A model generated the notes under the pieces. It had not been told where the DNA came from, searched no databases, and saw nothing but the letters and a program-made list of their open reading frames with translations. Below, piece by piece: positions 9,702-17,079 of a DNA stretch of 51,990 nt. The translations under genes were made by a program, and so were the position numbers. The DNA is taken from positions 1 through 51,990 of the forward strand of contig JAVWIB010000003.1 of the NCBI GenBank assembly GCA_036639755.1, read 5' to 3'. The stretch comes from Bacteroidales bacterium (GTDB lineage: Bacteria > Bacteroidota > Bacteroidia > Bacteroidales > UBA932). Position 1 is the stretch's first letter, and each line of letters opens with the position of its first letter.

Positions 9702-11090
9702 ATGAAGAGTATCTGTAAAATGCGATCCTTAAGTCTCGTCGTAGTCTTATGTTTTCTATCTCCAATAATTTTGCCGGGAATTTTTCCGGTAGCAATATGG
9801 GCGCAATCTGCCGCAAGCTTGGCAAAACACCAGAAAATATACAAAGACGGCCCGTATCTTTTTCTGAATCCCGATAATTCCGTCCGGATGATTGCCTGTG
9901 AGGGCTTTAGCTCACGCAAAACGCCGCATACATTGTTAGATACCGTGTATTCCAATCTTGCGGTACTGGGCGATTTTAAAGTGGCGGATGATAAAGGACA
10001 CTGGAGCTTTACGGTAAAAAACGCCTCTTTGAGAGGAAATAAAAAGGAGGTTGGGCAACTTGCTGTCGCACAAAATAAACGAGATGCCAACCGTTTTAAA
10101 ACAGCAGCCGGACCAAATGAATCACTGGTGCAGCACTCTCCGCTTGCATCCGGTGAAAAGATTTTTACCATATCGGATTCTCATGGAAACTTTAAAAATT
10201 TTATTGCCATTCTTAAAAAAGGGGGCGTAATAAATGAGAATTTAGAATGGAACTACGGTAAAAGCAAGCTGGTAATTATTGGAGATACGTTTGACAGGGG
10301 CAATGATGTGCTGGCTATTTTGTGGCTTATTTATACTCTGGAGGAGCAAGCTTCTGCCGTGGGTGGTACCGTAAGCTATCTGCTGGGCAATCATGATAAC
10401 ATGGTGCTCAAAGGAGATTTGCGATATATAAAAAGCAAATATAAAAAGTTGCAGGACACACTAAAGATGCCATATCAGCAATTTTTCTCGGCGCAAACTC
10501 TGCTGGGGAACTGGTTGCGGAGTAAGAAATCAATCGAAATTATAGGTAATACGCTGTTTGTGCACGGTGGTATCAGCTCGGCCTTTGCAAAAAGCGGCAT
10601 CTCCATAGAACGAGCCAACCGATTAATTGGAAAATACCTGGATACTCCTAAGAGTCTCTACGCCGGCGCAACGGCTGCAGCCGGCACTGCTGCTACTCAT
10701 GAGAAGAGCTCCGGGGCAGCCGGCACTGCTGCTATTGGTTCTTCTGCTGCCCCGGTTGCACCCGGTACGAATGATTTCCGTCATTCGGAAGATACCTTGG
10801 CCATGGTGCAATTTCTTTTTGGCTCCGACGGCCCGCTATGGTACAGAGGGCTTGTGAGTTCCAAACCAGAATACAACCCCATAACCGAACCGGAGCTTGC
10901 TGCCATTCTAAAACAATATGGTGTAGCCCGTATTGTTGTAGGCCACACCACATTTGAGGGGATTCAATTTCACCACAACGGTAAAGTAATCTCGGTAGAT
11001 TCGAAAAACGAAGCCCTGGACATAGATCATCTTGCCCAAGGCCTCCAAATTTCCGGAAATACAACCGGTATACTATCTTTGAACGAATAA
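9702..11090 (+). CDS. Exported metallophosphoesterase (calcineurin-like phosphoesterase family)
   Basis: ATG at 9702 gives signal peptide MKSICKMRSLSLVVVLCFLSPIIL; the track ORF starts at TTG 9645. Metal-binding motifs are present: ISDSHGN, GDTFDRGND, GNHD, VHGG and GHT. An Ala/Gly/Thr-rich low-complexity segment is inserted between VHGG and GHT. Confidence 0.85.
   Translation: MKSICKMRSLSLVVVLCFLSPIILPGIFPVAIWAQSAASLAKHQKIYKDGPYLFLNPDNSVRMIACEGFSSRKTPHTLLDTVYSNLAVLGDFKVADDKGHWSFTVKNASLRGNKKEVGQLAVAQNKRDANRFKTAAGPNESLVQHSPLASGEKIFTISDSHGNFKNFIAILKKGGVINENLEWNYGKSKLVIIGDTFDRGNDVLAILWLIYTLEEQASAVGGTVSYLLGNHDNMVLKGDLRYIKSKYKKLQDTLKMPYQQFFSAQTLLGNWLRSKKSIEIIGNTLFVHGGISSAFAKSGISIERANRLIGKYLDTPKSLYAGATAAAGTAATHEKSSGAAGTAAIGSSAAPVAPGTNDFRHSEDTLAMVQFLFGSDGPLWYRGLVSSKPEYNPITEPELAAILKQYGVARIVVGHTTFEGIQFHHNGKVISVDSKNEALDIDHLAQGLQISGNTTGILSLNE
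10677..10733 (+). repeat. Perfect 18-bp direct repeat (gcagccggcactgctgct), two copies 39 bp apart and in frame
   Basis: The copies lie at 10677-10694 and 10716-10733, inside the low-complexity insert of the phosphoesterase. They encode AAGTAA twice. Confidence 0.9.
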
Positions 11091-11150
11091 AATTCAAAAA
11101 CTAAAAGTAGTAATTCCTCTTATCCTGTCACGAAGTTATAGACAACTTGT

Positions 11151-12845
11151 TTATTTTACGAGTAGTTTCTCTCCTGCATCCTTAACTACGCTCCTCTTCC
11201 AATGCTCACTATACCCGGGTTGTGAAGGACTTGCCGGAATATTGCGTCCGTTGCCGTTGTCTTTAAAGGAACCATCGGGATTCTGCTTTTTAACATTTCC
11301 GTCTATGTATTTTACAAGCAGGAACTCGTCCAGTTCTTTCCATTTTTTGAACATTCTGTCGGCAAACTTCTCCGACCATCTGGTAAGATACTCTTTTACC
11401 TCACCCGGTTTCTCTTTTGAAAGCCTTAAGGCCTCTTCGTCTACGGTAGGGATAATCTGCAATGCTCCAAGCTCATGATCTGCCGCAGCTTTCTGCACCT
11501 CGGGAGCAAGAATATTGTATCGTAAATAAGCATATTGAGCAACCCTGTTGAACAACCAGAAAGCTGCTGTAGGAGAGTATGTTGTCATATTTCCATTCCC
11601 AACTGCAAAACACTGAGGGGCTCTTAAGCCGCTTGAATAAACAGGGGTAAGACATGATGTAGCGGCATCATCTACTCCAAACCAGATAATACCCCCAATT
11701 TCATCGGGAAGCCAGCTGCGTGCTTGTCCGAGCAACCAGAAGCCGGTCTGTTGTGTTGCAATGGCGCGCTCGTTGGTATAGGTTTTTCCGTCAACATCAA
11801 AACTCATAGGACGCCATCTGTACGGCAGTTCAAATCCACCGGCACCAATATCCTTTCTCATATCCAGAGGCGTATTCTCATAATGGTCTCTCATAACATC
11901 CGCTACCTCTTTTACTCCAACTTTTTCTGCCGGCTTAATATACAACGGCATTTTGTTGGTAAGATTTTCCCCTTTTGCATAATCTACATAGGCCATAGCC
12001 GGTTTGTCTCCAATCTGCCCTTTGCCTAAAATATTAAATACACTCCAAACCCTGGCTTCACAACCTCTTAGGGCACTAAAATCTGCTGGAGCATAGGTGT
12101 CGCAGAAACTAAATTCGGTATCTAGACCATTATACAATCCCGCTTCTCTGGCAAAATTGATTACATTTTTCTCATAAATGCAATTCTGGGGATCATTCAG
12201 AGCAAATGTAGTAATTCTGGCTTGGTTGGCGTGAGCTGAGACATAACCGTCGGGAATCCTGACAGCCACCCAATTCGCCCCTTTATTTATATTCGCCCCT
12301 TTCTTATTTAATTTTGTTCCTTTTCCTATGATTTCCATAATCCAGACCTCATCTTTATCTGCAATTGAAAAAGATTCGCCGGAGGAACCGTACCCGTATT
12401 CCGCAATAAGATCCCCGATGGTTTTAATGGCTTCGCGGGCTGTTTTTGCCCTTTGGAGGGTAATGTAAATAAGAGATCCGTAGTCCATAAGGCCTGTTGT
12501 ATCAACAAGTTCACCTCTTCCACCAAAGGTGGTTTCGGTAATCATGAGCTGATGCTCGTTCATATTTCCCATGGTAGAGTAGGTTTTCTCAATCTGAGAA
12601 ATTTCTCCCATATATTTTCCCGTATCCCATTCTACAATTTGCAGTTTGCTTCCTTTGGGAAACATGTTGGCCGCAGTGTGATAGAGCTCACCGTATAAAG
12701 TGTGCGAGTCGGCAGAATATGTTACCATTACGGAACCGTCTTTACTGGCACCCTTGGTAACTAAAATGTTTGTGCAGGCTTCTGATATATTAAAAGACAG
12801 AAGTGTTGTTGCTGCAACTAGAAATGTTTTTGAAATTAAATTCAT
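11151..12845 (-). CDS. Peptidase family C69 dipeptidase
   Basis: 564 aa. The signal peptide is followed directly by CTNILVTKGASKDGS, the N-terminal nucleophile Cys motif of C69 / PepD-type dipeptidases. Confidence 0.85.
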   Translation of the reverse strand: MNLISKTFLVAATTLLSFNISEACTNILVTKGASKDGSVMVTYSADSHTLYGELYHTAANMFPKGSKLQIVEWDTGKYMGEISQIEKTYSTMGNMNEHQLMITETTFGGRGELVDTTGLMDYGSLIYITLQRAKTAREAIKTIGDLIAEYGYGSSGESFSIADKDEVWIMEIIGKGTKLNKKGANINKGANWVAVRIPDGYVSAHANQARITTFALNDPQNCIYEKNVINFAREAGLYNGLDTEFSFCDTYAPADFSALRGCEARVWSVFNILGKGQIGDKPAMAYVDYAKGENLTNKMPLYIKPAEKVGVKEVADVMRDHYENTPLDMRKDIGAGGFELPYRWRPMSFDVDGKTYTNERAIATQQTGFWLLGQARSWLPDEIGGIIWFGVDDAATSCLTPVYSSGLRAPQCFAVGNGNMTTYSPTAAFWLFNRVAQYAYLRYNILAPEVQKAAADHELGALQIIPTVDEEALRLSKEKPGEVKEYLTRWSEKFADRMFKKWKELDEFLLVKYIDGNVKKQNPDGSFKDNGNGRNIPASPSQPGYSEHWKRSVVKDAGEKLLVK

Positions 12846-12886
12846 TATGATAAATTATTTTTTTGTTTAACTTAGCGGTTTCGATA

Positions 12887-12894
12887 CAAATATA
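12887..12894 (-). promoter_or_regulatory. Candidate -7 box (TATATTTG on minus strand) for the C69 dipeptidase gene
   Basis: Plus strand reads caaatata. It lies about 40 nt upstream of the minus-strand ATG at 12845. Confidence 0.4.
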
Positions 12895-12924
12895 CAAATT
12901 TTAACTACAAAAGAAATAAAGGTT

Positions 12925-13338
12925 ATGAAAAGAGTTAAGACCTATTTTTTAACACTTGTAGCTTTAGGCTGCTTTCATGCAGTTTCTGCGCAAGAACCGC
13001 CAAAGGAAAAATCACCGCAGGAATATGCTGCACTTGAAGCCGAAAGACTTGAAAGAGAGTTAAAACTCAACTCCTCCCAGGTGTTTTATGCAGATTCCAT
13101 CTTCCAGTCTAATTTTGCCGGAGTGATGCAGGAATTTGAAGACATGAAAAAGAGCGGAATGCAAGACGGACGGAGTTATCAGATTGTACGTGACAAATGG
13201 ACCGACAAAAGCCTGGCCGCATTAAAACTTGTTTTCACCGAGCAGCAATACATAGCATATCTAAAAATGATAGGCAAAGGCAAAGAGTATAAAAAGGGCA
13301 AAGACGGCTTGTATTATAAAAAAGAAGAAAAAAAGTAA
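12925..13338 (+). CDS. Small secreted protein, function unknown (LTXXQ/Spy-like flavour)
   Basis: 137 aa with a signal peptide (LVALGCFHAVSAQ). Helical, K/E-rich, with LNSSQ and FTEQQ motifs resembling LTXXQ periplasmic proteins. Confidence 0.6.
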   Translation: MKRVKTYFLTLVALGCFHAVSAQEPPKEKSPQEYAALEAERLERELKLNSSQVFYADSIFQSNFAGVMQEFEDMKKSGMQDGRSYQIVRDKWTDKSLAALKLVFTEQQYIAYLKMIGKGKEYKKGKDGLYYKKEEKK

Positions 13339-13352
13339 CCGGAATCATTTTA

Positions 13353-14159
13353 TTATAAATTATAGAAGTGCGGCACTCGGTTCTTATAATACACAAGATA
13401 CCGGAAGCCGCAATTTTTAATGATTGTGCCGAACACTTCAAAATTGTCTCCGATTCTTGTTAAATCATGTGCATCGGAACCAAGGCTTATGGCCTCGCCG
13501 CCAAGCTCTCGGAATCTTTTTAAGATAGCAAGATCCAGCAGAGGAGTATGCCCCATATTTTCTTTATACGTTTTTGTATTTACCTCAAATGTCTTTCCGT
13601 TTTGAGCCAGGAACTTTAGTAATGGTTCCAGATAATCTCCAAACTCAGCCAATGTAATATTCCGTTCACTATTTTTATAGGGGGCATAGCGGGCTATGTA
13701 ATCGAAATGTCCCAGAATATCAAAATCTTTGTATTCTACAGCGGTCTGATACATCACTTCAAAAACGCGTCCGTAGGCCTCTTTGTAATTTTTATCGGTA
13801 TAGTAAGTGCCGTAATAAGGATCTAATTTATCAATAAAATGGATGGAGGCAATAACCGTATCAAAGGAATATTGTGCTGTAAACTCTCTTATCTTATTGA
13901 GACTATCCGGCTGAAGGCCCACCTCGATTCCTTTTAATATCTGAATATTGCCGGAATTACACAATGTGTCTATTTCTTCTTGCTGCGTAGCGGGATCAAA
14001 AATAAATTCATTTTCTCTGCTAGGGGCATCAATATCGTAATGGTCTGTAAATACAACTCCTGCAAGATTCCGTTCTGCAGCTGTCCGCACAATGTCCTCC
14101 ATTTTCATTTTGCTATCGGGAGAATAATTGCTGTGTATGTGGTTATCGTAGTAATTCAT
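13353..14159 (-). CDS. PHP-family histidinol-phosphatase-like protein (HisJ family)
   Basis: 268 aa. PHP metal-binding pattern present: N-terminal DNHIHSNYSPDS, then FTDHYD, SIHF, GHFDY and GSDAH. Confidence 0.75.
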   Translation of the reverse strand: MNYYDNHIHSNYSPDSKMKMEDIVRTAAERNLAGVVFTDHYDIDAPSRENEFIFDPATQQEEIDTLCNSGNIQILKGIEVGLQPDSLNKIREFTAQYSFDTVIASIHFIDKLDPYYGTYYTDKNYKEAYGRVFEVMYQTAVEYKDFDILGHFDYIARYAPYKNSERNITLAEFGDYLEPLLKFLAQNGKTFEVNTKTYKENMGHTPLLDLAILKRFRELGGEAISLGSDAHDLTRIGDNFEVFGTIIKNCGFRYLVYYKNRVPHFYNL

Positions 14160-14176
14160 CTATTTTATTCGTGCCA

Positions 14177-14184
14177 CAAAGGTA
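14177..14184 (-). promoter_or_regulatory. Candidate -7 box (TACCTTTG on minus strand) for the PHP phosphatase gene
   Basis: Plus strand reads caaaggta. It lies 18 nt upstream of the minus-strand ATG at 14159 and is the exact inverted copy of the box at 14195-14202. Confidence 0.45.
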
Positions 14185-14194
14185 AAAAAAATTA

Positions 14195-14202
14195 TACCTT
14201 TG
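14195..14202 (+). promoter_or_regulatory. Candidate -7 box (TACCTTTG) for the nhaD-like gene
   Basis: Matches TAnnTTTG, about 45 nt upstream of the ATG at 14248. Confidence 0.45.
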
Positions 14203-14247
14203 CTATCCATAAAAATAATTGGAAAGAACTTTTTAATTTGTTAGTTG

Positions 14248-15561
14248 ATGGAAGCGATGGTTTTTGTGTTTCTGGTGGGTTATCTTGCAATAGCGTTGGA
14301 GCACGTTCTAAAAGTAAATAAAGCTGCAATAGCATTATTGATGGCGGTGATTATCTGGACTCTTTACGGAGTTATTGCTCCTGAAGAAATTGAGTATCAG
14401 ATTGCTTCTCAGATGGGGGAGGTATGTGAAGTGATTGCCTTTTTGCTTGGAGCAATGACAATTGTTGAGCTTGTGGACCTTCATGGAGGATTTGCTCTGG
14501 TATCTCATATTATAAAGGCGCAGCGGAAGCGAAGTTTGCTGTGGATTATTACTATTATTACATTTTTTATGTCTGCCGTACTGGATAATATGACCTCTAC
14601 CATTATTATGATAGCAATTACATCTAAATTGCTAGAAGATAAAACGGATAAAATGTGGTTTGCCTCGGCTATTGTTGTTGCCGCCAACGGCGGTGGTGTC
14701 TGGTCTCCTATTGGGGATGTAACGACAATTATGTTGTGGGTAAATGGAAACGTAACATCCGGTGCCCTAATTCCTCATCTTATTTTACCAAGTCTGGTAT
14801 CTGTTATGATCCCCGTTGTTCTTATCTCTTCTTGTGTTAAAGGGCCTGTTTGTTCATGCTCTTATGCAGATGATCTGGATGTGGGAGAGAGTTTGTACCC
14901 TAATGTCACAAGACTTGACAAAATGATGATAGGGATTATAGGGGTAGGAGGGCTTGTATCTGTGCCGATGTTCAGGGCTGTTACCGGACTACCCCCCTTT
15001 ATGGGTGTGATTGCCGTACTGGGATTGCTGTGGCTTCTTACGGAAATTATTTATGATAAACATAGTAATATTATGGAGGGAGAGCAACTTCGGATAGCCA
15101 AGGTGCTTAAGAAGATAGATTTACCAACTATTTTCTTCTTTTTTGGTATTCTGATGGCTGTGGGGGCACTATCAGAGGCAGGGCTCCTTACGATGGCGGC
15201 AGATTATCTGGATGCAAAGATTCATAATACATACCTGATAACCGGAGTGATAGGGATATTATCGGCTATTGTGGATAACGTTCCTCTGGTTGCTGCCGCA
15301 ATGGGTATGTATCCATTAGCCGATCCGGCTTTGGTACAGGCAGGAACATATGCCGCCCAGTTTATGCAGGACGGCGTATTCTGGGAACTTCTTGCCTATT
15401 GTACCGGTACCGGAGGTAGCTTGCTTATCATAGGATCTGTATCCGGAGTTGTAGCGATGGGCGCAGAAAATATAGGTTTTGGGTGGTACTTCAAGCATAT
15501 CACGCTAAAAGTATTTATAGGGTATGTTTGTGGAATGTTACTGTATATCCTGATTGCCTAA
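14248..15561 (+). CDS. nhaD: NhaD-type Na+/H+ antiporter (ArsB/NhaD permease superfamily)
   Basis: ATG at 14248; the track ORF starts at TTG 14245. Polytopic membrane protein of about 437 aa whose N-terminus (MEAMVFVFLVGYLAIALEHVLKVNKAAIALL) and internal SAVLDNMT / VDNVPLVAA motifs are typical of NhaD. Confidence 0.8.
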   Translation: MEAMVFVFLVGYLAIALEHVLKVNKAAIALLMAVIIWTLYGVIAPEEIEYQIASQMGEVCEVIAFLLGAMTIVELVDLHGGFALVSHIIKAQRKRSLLWIITIITFFMSAVLDNMTSTIIMIAITSKLLEDKTDKMWFASAIVVAANGGGVWSPIGDVTTIMLWVNGNVTSGALIPHLILPSLVSVMIPVVLISSCVKGPVCSCSYADDLDVGESLYPNVTRLDKMMIGIIGVGGLVSVPMFRAVTGLPPFMGVIAVLGLLWLLTEIIYDKHSNIMEGEQLRIAKVLKKIDLPTIFFFFGILMAVGALSEAGLLTMAADYLDAKIHNTYLITGVIGILSAIVDNVPLVAAAMGMYPLADPALVQAGTYAAQFMQDGVFWELLAYCTGTGGSLLIIGSVSGVVAMGAENIGFGWYFKHITLKVFIGYVCGMLLYILIA

Positions 15562-15733
15562 TCCATTTTGGTTTCTCCGTCTCTTTAATGGAAATCATTT
15601 TAAAGAGTTTGGCTAAATAACTGTATCCTTTATCTTTAAAGTGAAAATGAAAATAAAGATATTGTAAAACTGTCTCGATTTCCAGAGCTACCGCATTATT
15701 GAGGAGCTCTATATTTTTTTCTCTATGTAACAT
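15515..15733 (-). pseudogene. Ferritin-like / bacterioferritin-like gene remnant (N-terminal ~50 codons only)
   Basis: The first ~50 aa (EKNIELLNNAVALEIETVLQYLYFHFHFKDKGYSYLAKLFKMISIKE) look like helix A and the start of helix B of a ferritin-like four-helix bundle. Similarity is lost where the ExxH motif should follow. The reading frame then runs into the 3' end of nhaD. No alternative frame continues the domain. Confidence 0.35.
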
Positions 15734-15824
15734 TTTTGTAATATATTTGTAATATTTTTATAATAAAATTTCTACTAAACTTAAAACATCTGAGTAGCTT
15801 TTTTGTTTTCCTAAAAACAATTGC

Positions 15825-15832
15825 TAATTTTG
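15825..15832 (+). promoter_or_regulatory. Candidate -7 box (TAATTTTG) for the zeta-toxin-family gene
   Basis: Matches TAnnTTTG and lies inside the track ORF extension. This argues that the true start is the ATG at 15845, leaving a very short leader. Confidence 0.45.
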
Positions 15833-15844
15833 TGCATGCCAAAA

Positions 15845-16402
15845 ATGTACATTATAGCAGGTTGTAATGGGGCCGGAAAGACTACCGCTTCATACACTAT
15901 ATTGCCGGAAATGCTTCACTGCAGGGAATTTGTCAATGCAGATGAAATAGCAAAGGGGTTGTCTCCGTTTAATCCCGAAAGCGTGGCAATAGAGGCCGGG
16001 CGACTTATGCTTGGTAGGATTAATAACTTAATGAATAGTGGCGTTGATTTTGCATTTGAAACAACTCTGGCTGTTCGTTCGTTTGAAAAATTAATAAAAA
16101 TAGCGCAAGAGAAAGGATATTTTGTAACTTTGCTCTACTTTTTATTAAATTCGCCTGAACATGCGGTAGAGCGTGTAGCCATGAGGGTTATGGATGGTGG
16201 CCACAATATTCCCGTTGATGTGATTTATAGAAGATACAATAGTGGGATAAAGAATTTATTTAATATTTATATACCAATTTGTGATTACTGGCTTATATGC
16301 GATAATACGGAAGTTGGAATAAAAAAGATAGCCTCCGGAGAAAAAATAAAGGGGGCGGATATTGCGAAAGCAGCAATTTTAGCAAAAATTAAAAAAGTAT
16401 GA
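15845..16402 (+). CDS. Zeta-toxin-family P-loop kinase/ATPase (COG4185-like)
   Basis: Begins MYIIAGCNGAGKTT (Walker A), followed by EFVNADEIAKGLSPFNPE, FAFETTL and RVMDGGHNIP, a pattern typical of zeta-toxin / COG4185 predicted kinases. About 185 aa. Confidence 0.8.
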   Translation: MYIIAGCNGAGKTTASYTILPEMLHCREFVNADEIAKGLSPFNPESVAIEAGRLMLGRINNLMNSGVDFAFETTLAVRSFEKLIKIAQEKGYFVTLLYFLLNSPEHAVERVAMRVMDGGHNIPVDVIYRRYNSGIKNLFNIYIPICDYWLICDNTEVGIKKIASGEKIKGADIAKAAILAKIKKV

Positions 16403-16554
16403 GTGAACACGAAATTAAATTAATGGAAGATGTTATTCTAAAAGGTATACATCTGGCTCAGAAACGTTTAATGGATAAAGCAAAACGTGAGGACAAGGAA
16501 CTTGTAATGTCGAAACATGGAAAAATATTAAAAGTAAAAGCAAGAGATTTATAA
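16399..16554 (+). CDS. Unlisted 51-codon ORF overlapping the zeta-like stop (candidate cognate partner or antitoxin)
   Basis: ATG at 16399 overlaps the TGA at 16400-16402 (ATGA). My translation is MSEHEIKLMEDVILKGIHLAQKRLMDKAKREDKELVMSKHGKILKVKARDL, with a stop at 16552-16554. It is below the 60-aa cut-off of the ORF track and stays open in an AT-rich stretch where stop codons are frequent. Confidence 0.5.
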   Translation: MSEHEIKLMEDVILKGIHLAQKRLMDKAKREDKELVMSKHGKILKVKARDL

Positions 16555-16592
16555 TCTTGGGCTACACAAGAGAAAGAATCTCTCACTTGCAA

Positions 16593-17027
16593 TTACTTAT
16601 TAAGCTTTAAGACCTTCCAGCCTGCCGCGTCAACTCTCACAATCATGAGAGAACTTTTAATAACATCTGCTACAATGTTAGAGGTGCTATCTATGTCCTT
16701 ACTCACAACCGAATAGTTTATAATAAGGGTGTCTCCTTTTCCAAGTTTTTCAATTTTATCAATCTGCGGAGCAAATGTTGCTGTGCTTGCTTGAATTTGT
16801 TTTTTCAGAGGCTCATCAAGATTCTCAATTTCTTTAACGGCTTCCTTTAGCTCTCCCGATAATTGATTGGTGCAAAACCCCGCCGCTTTGTTAAAATCTG
16901 CTGCCAGATAAGCAGTCAGAAAATCGGTCGCCACATTTTCCGGTTTTTCTCCGGCCGGTTTGCACGAAATTGTCAGTAATGTAGCAACAGCCATAAAACA
17001 TCCTGCCGCTGTAAGTATTTTTTTCAT
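16593..17027 (-). CDS. Hypothetical lipoprotein
   Basis: 144 aa with a lipobox (LLTISC). No recognisable catalytic motif. Confidence 0.65.
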   Translation of the reverse strand: MKKILTAAGCFMAVATLLTISCKPAGEKPENVATDFLTAYLAADFNKAAGFCTNQLSGELKEAVKEIENLDEPLKKQIQASTATFAPQIDKIEKLGKGDTLIINYSVVSKDIDSTSNIVADVIKSSLMIVRVDAAGWKVLKLNK

Positions 17028-17079
17028 ACGTATATTTATAAATTTTAAGTTCTCTTTGTTCTAGTTTTAGTGTTATTTA

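Noticed and set aside
10623-11097. Several overlapping ORFs in other frames and strands around the GC-rich insert of the phosphoesterase.
   Set aside because: They are a side effect of the locally GC-rich, stop-poor Ala/Gly-coding repeat. The phosphoesterase frame carries the metal-binding motifs on both sides.
15581-15607. 8-bp inverted repeat ctctttaa...ttaaagag just after the nhaD stop, considered as a terminator.
   Set aside because: It is followed by only three T residues and lies within the degenerated tail of the ferritin-like remnant. It is too weak to call as a terminator, though it may still contribute.
15555-16600. Search for terminal inverted or direct repeats bounding the zeta-toxin islet, as would be expected for a mobile element.
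   Set aside because: I found only short T/C-rich similarities (ttctc..tctctt) at the two edges. There is no convincing repeat pair and no recombinase gene.
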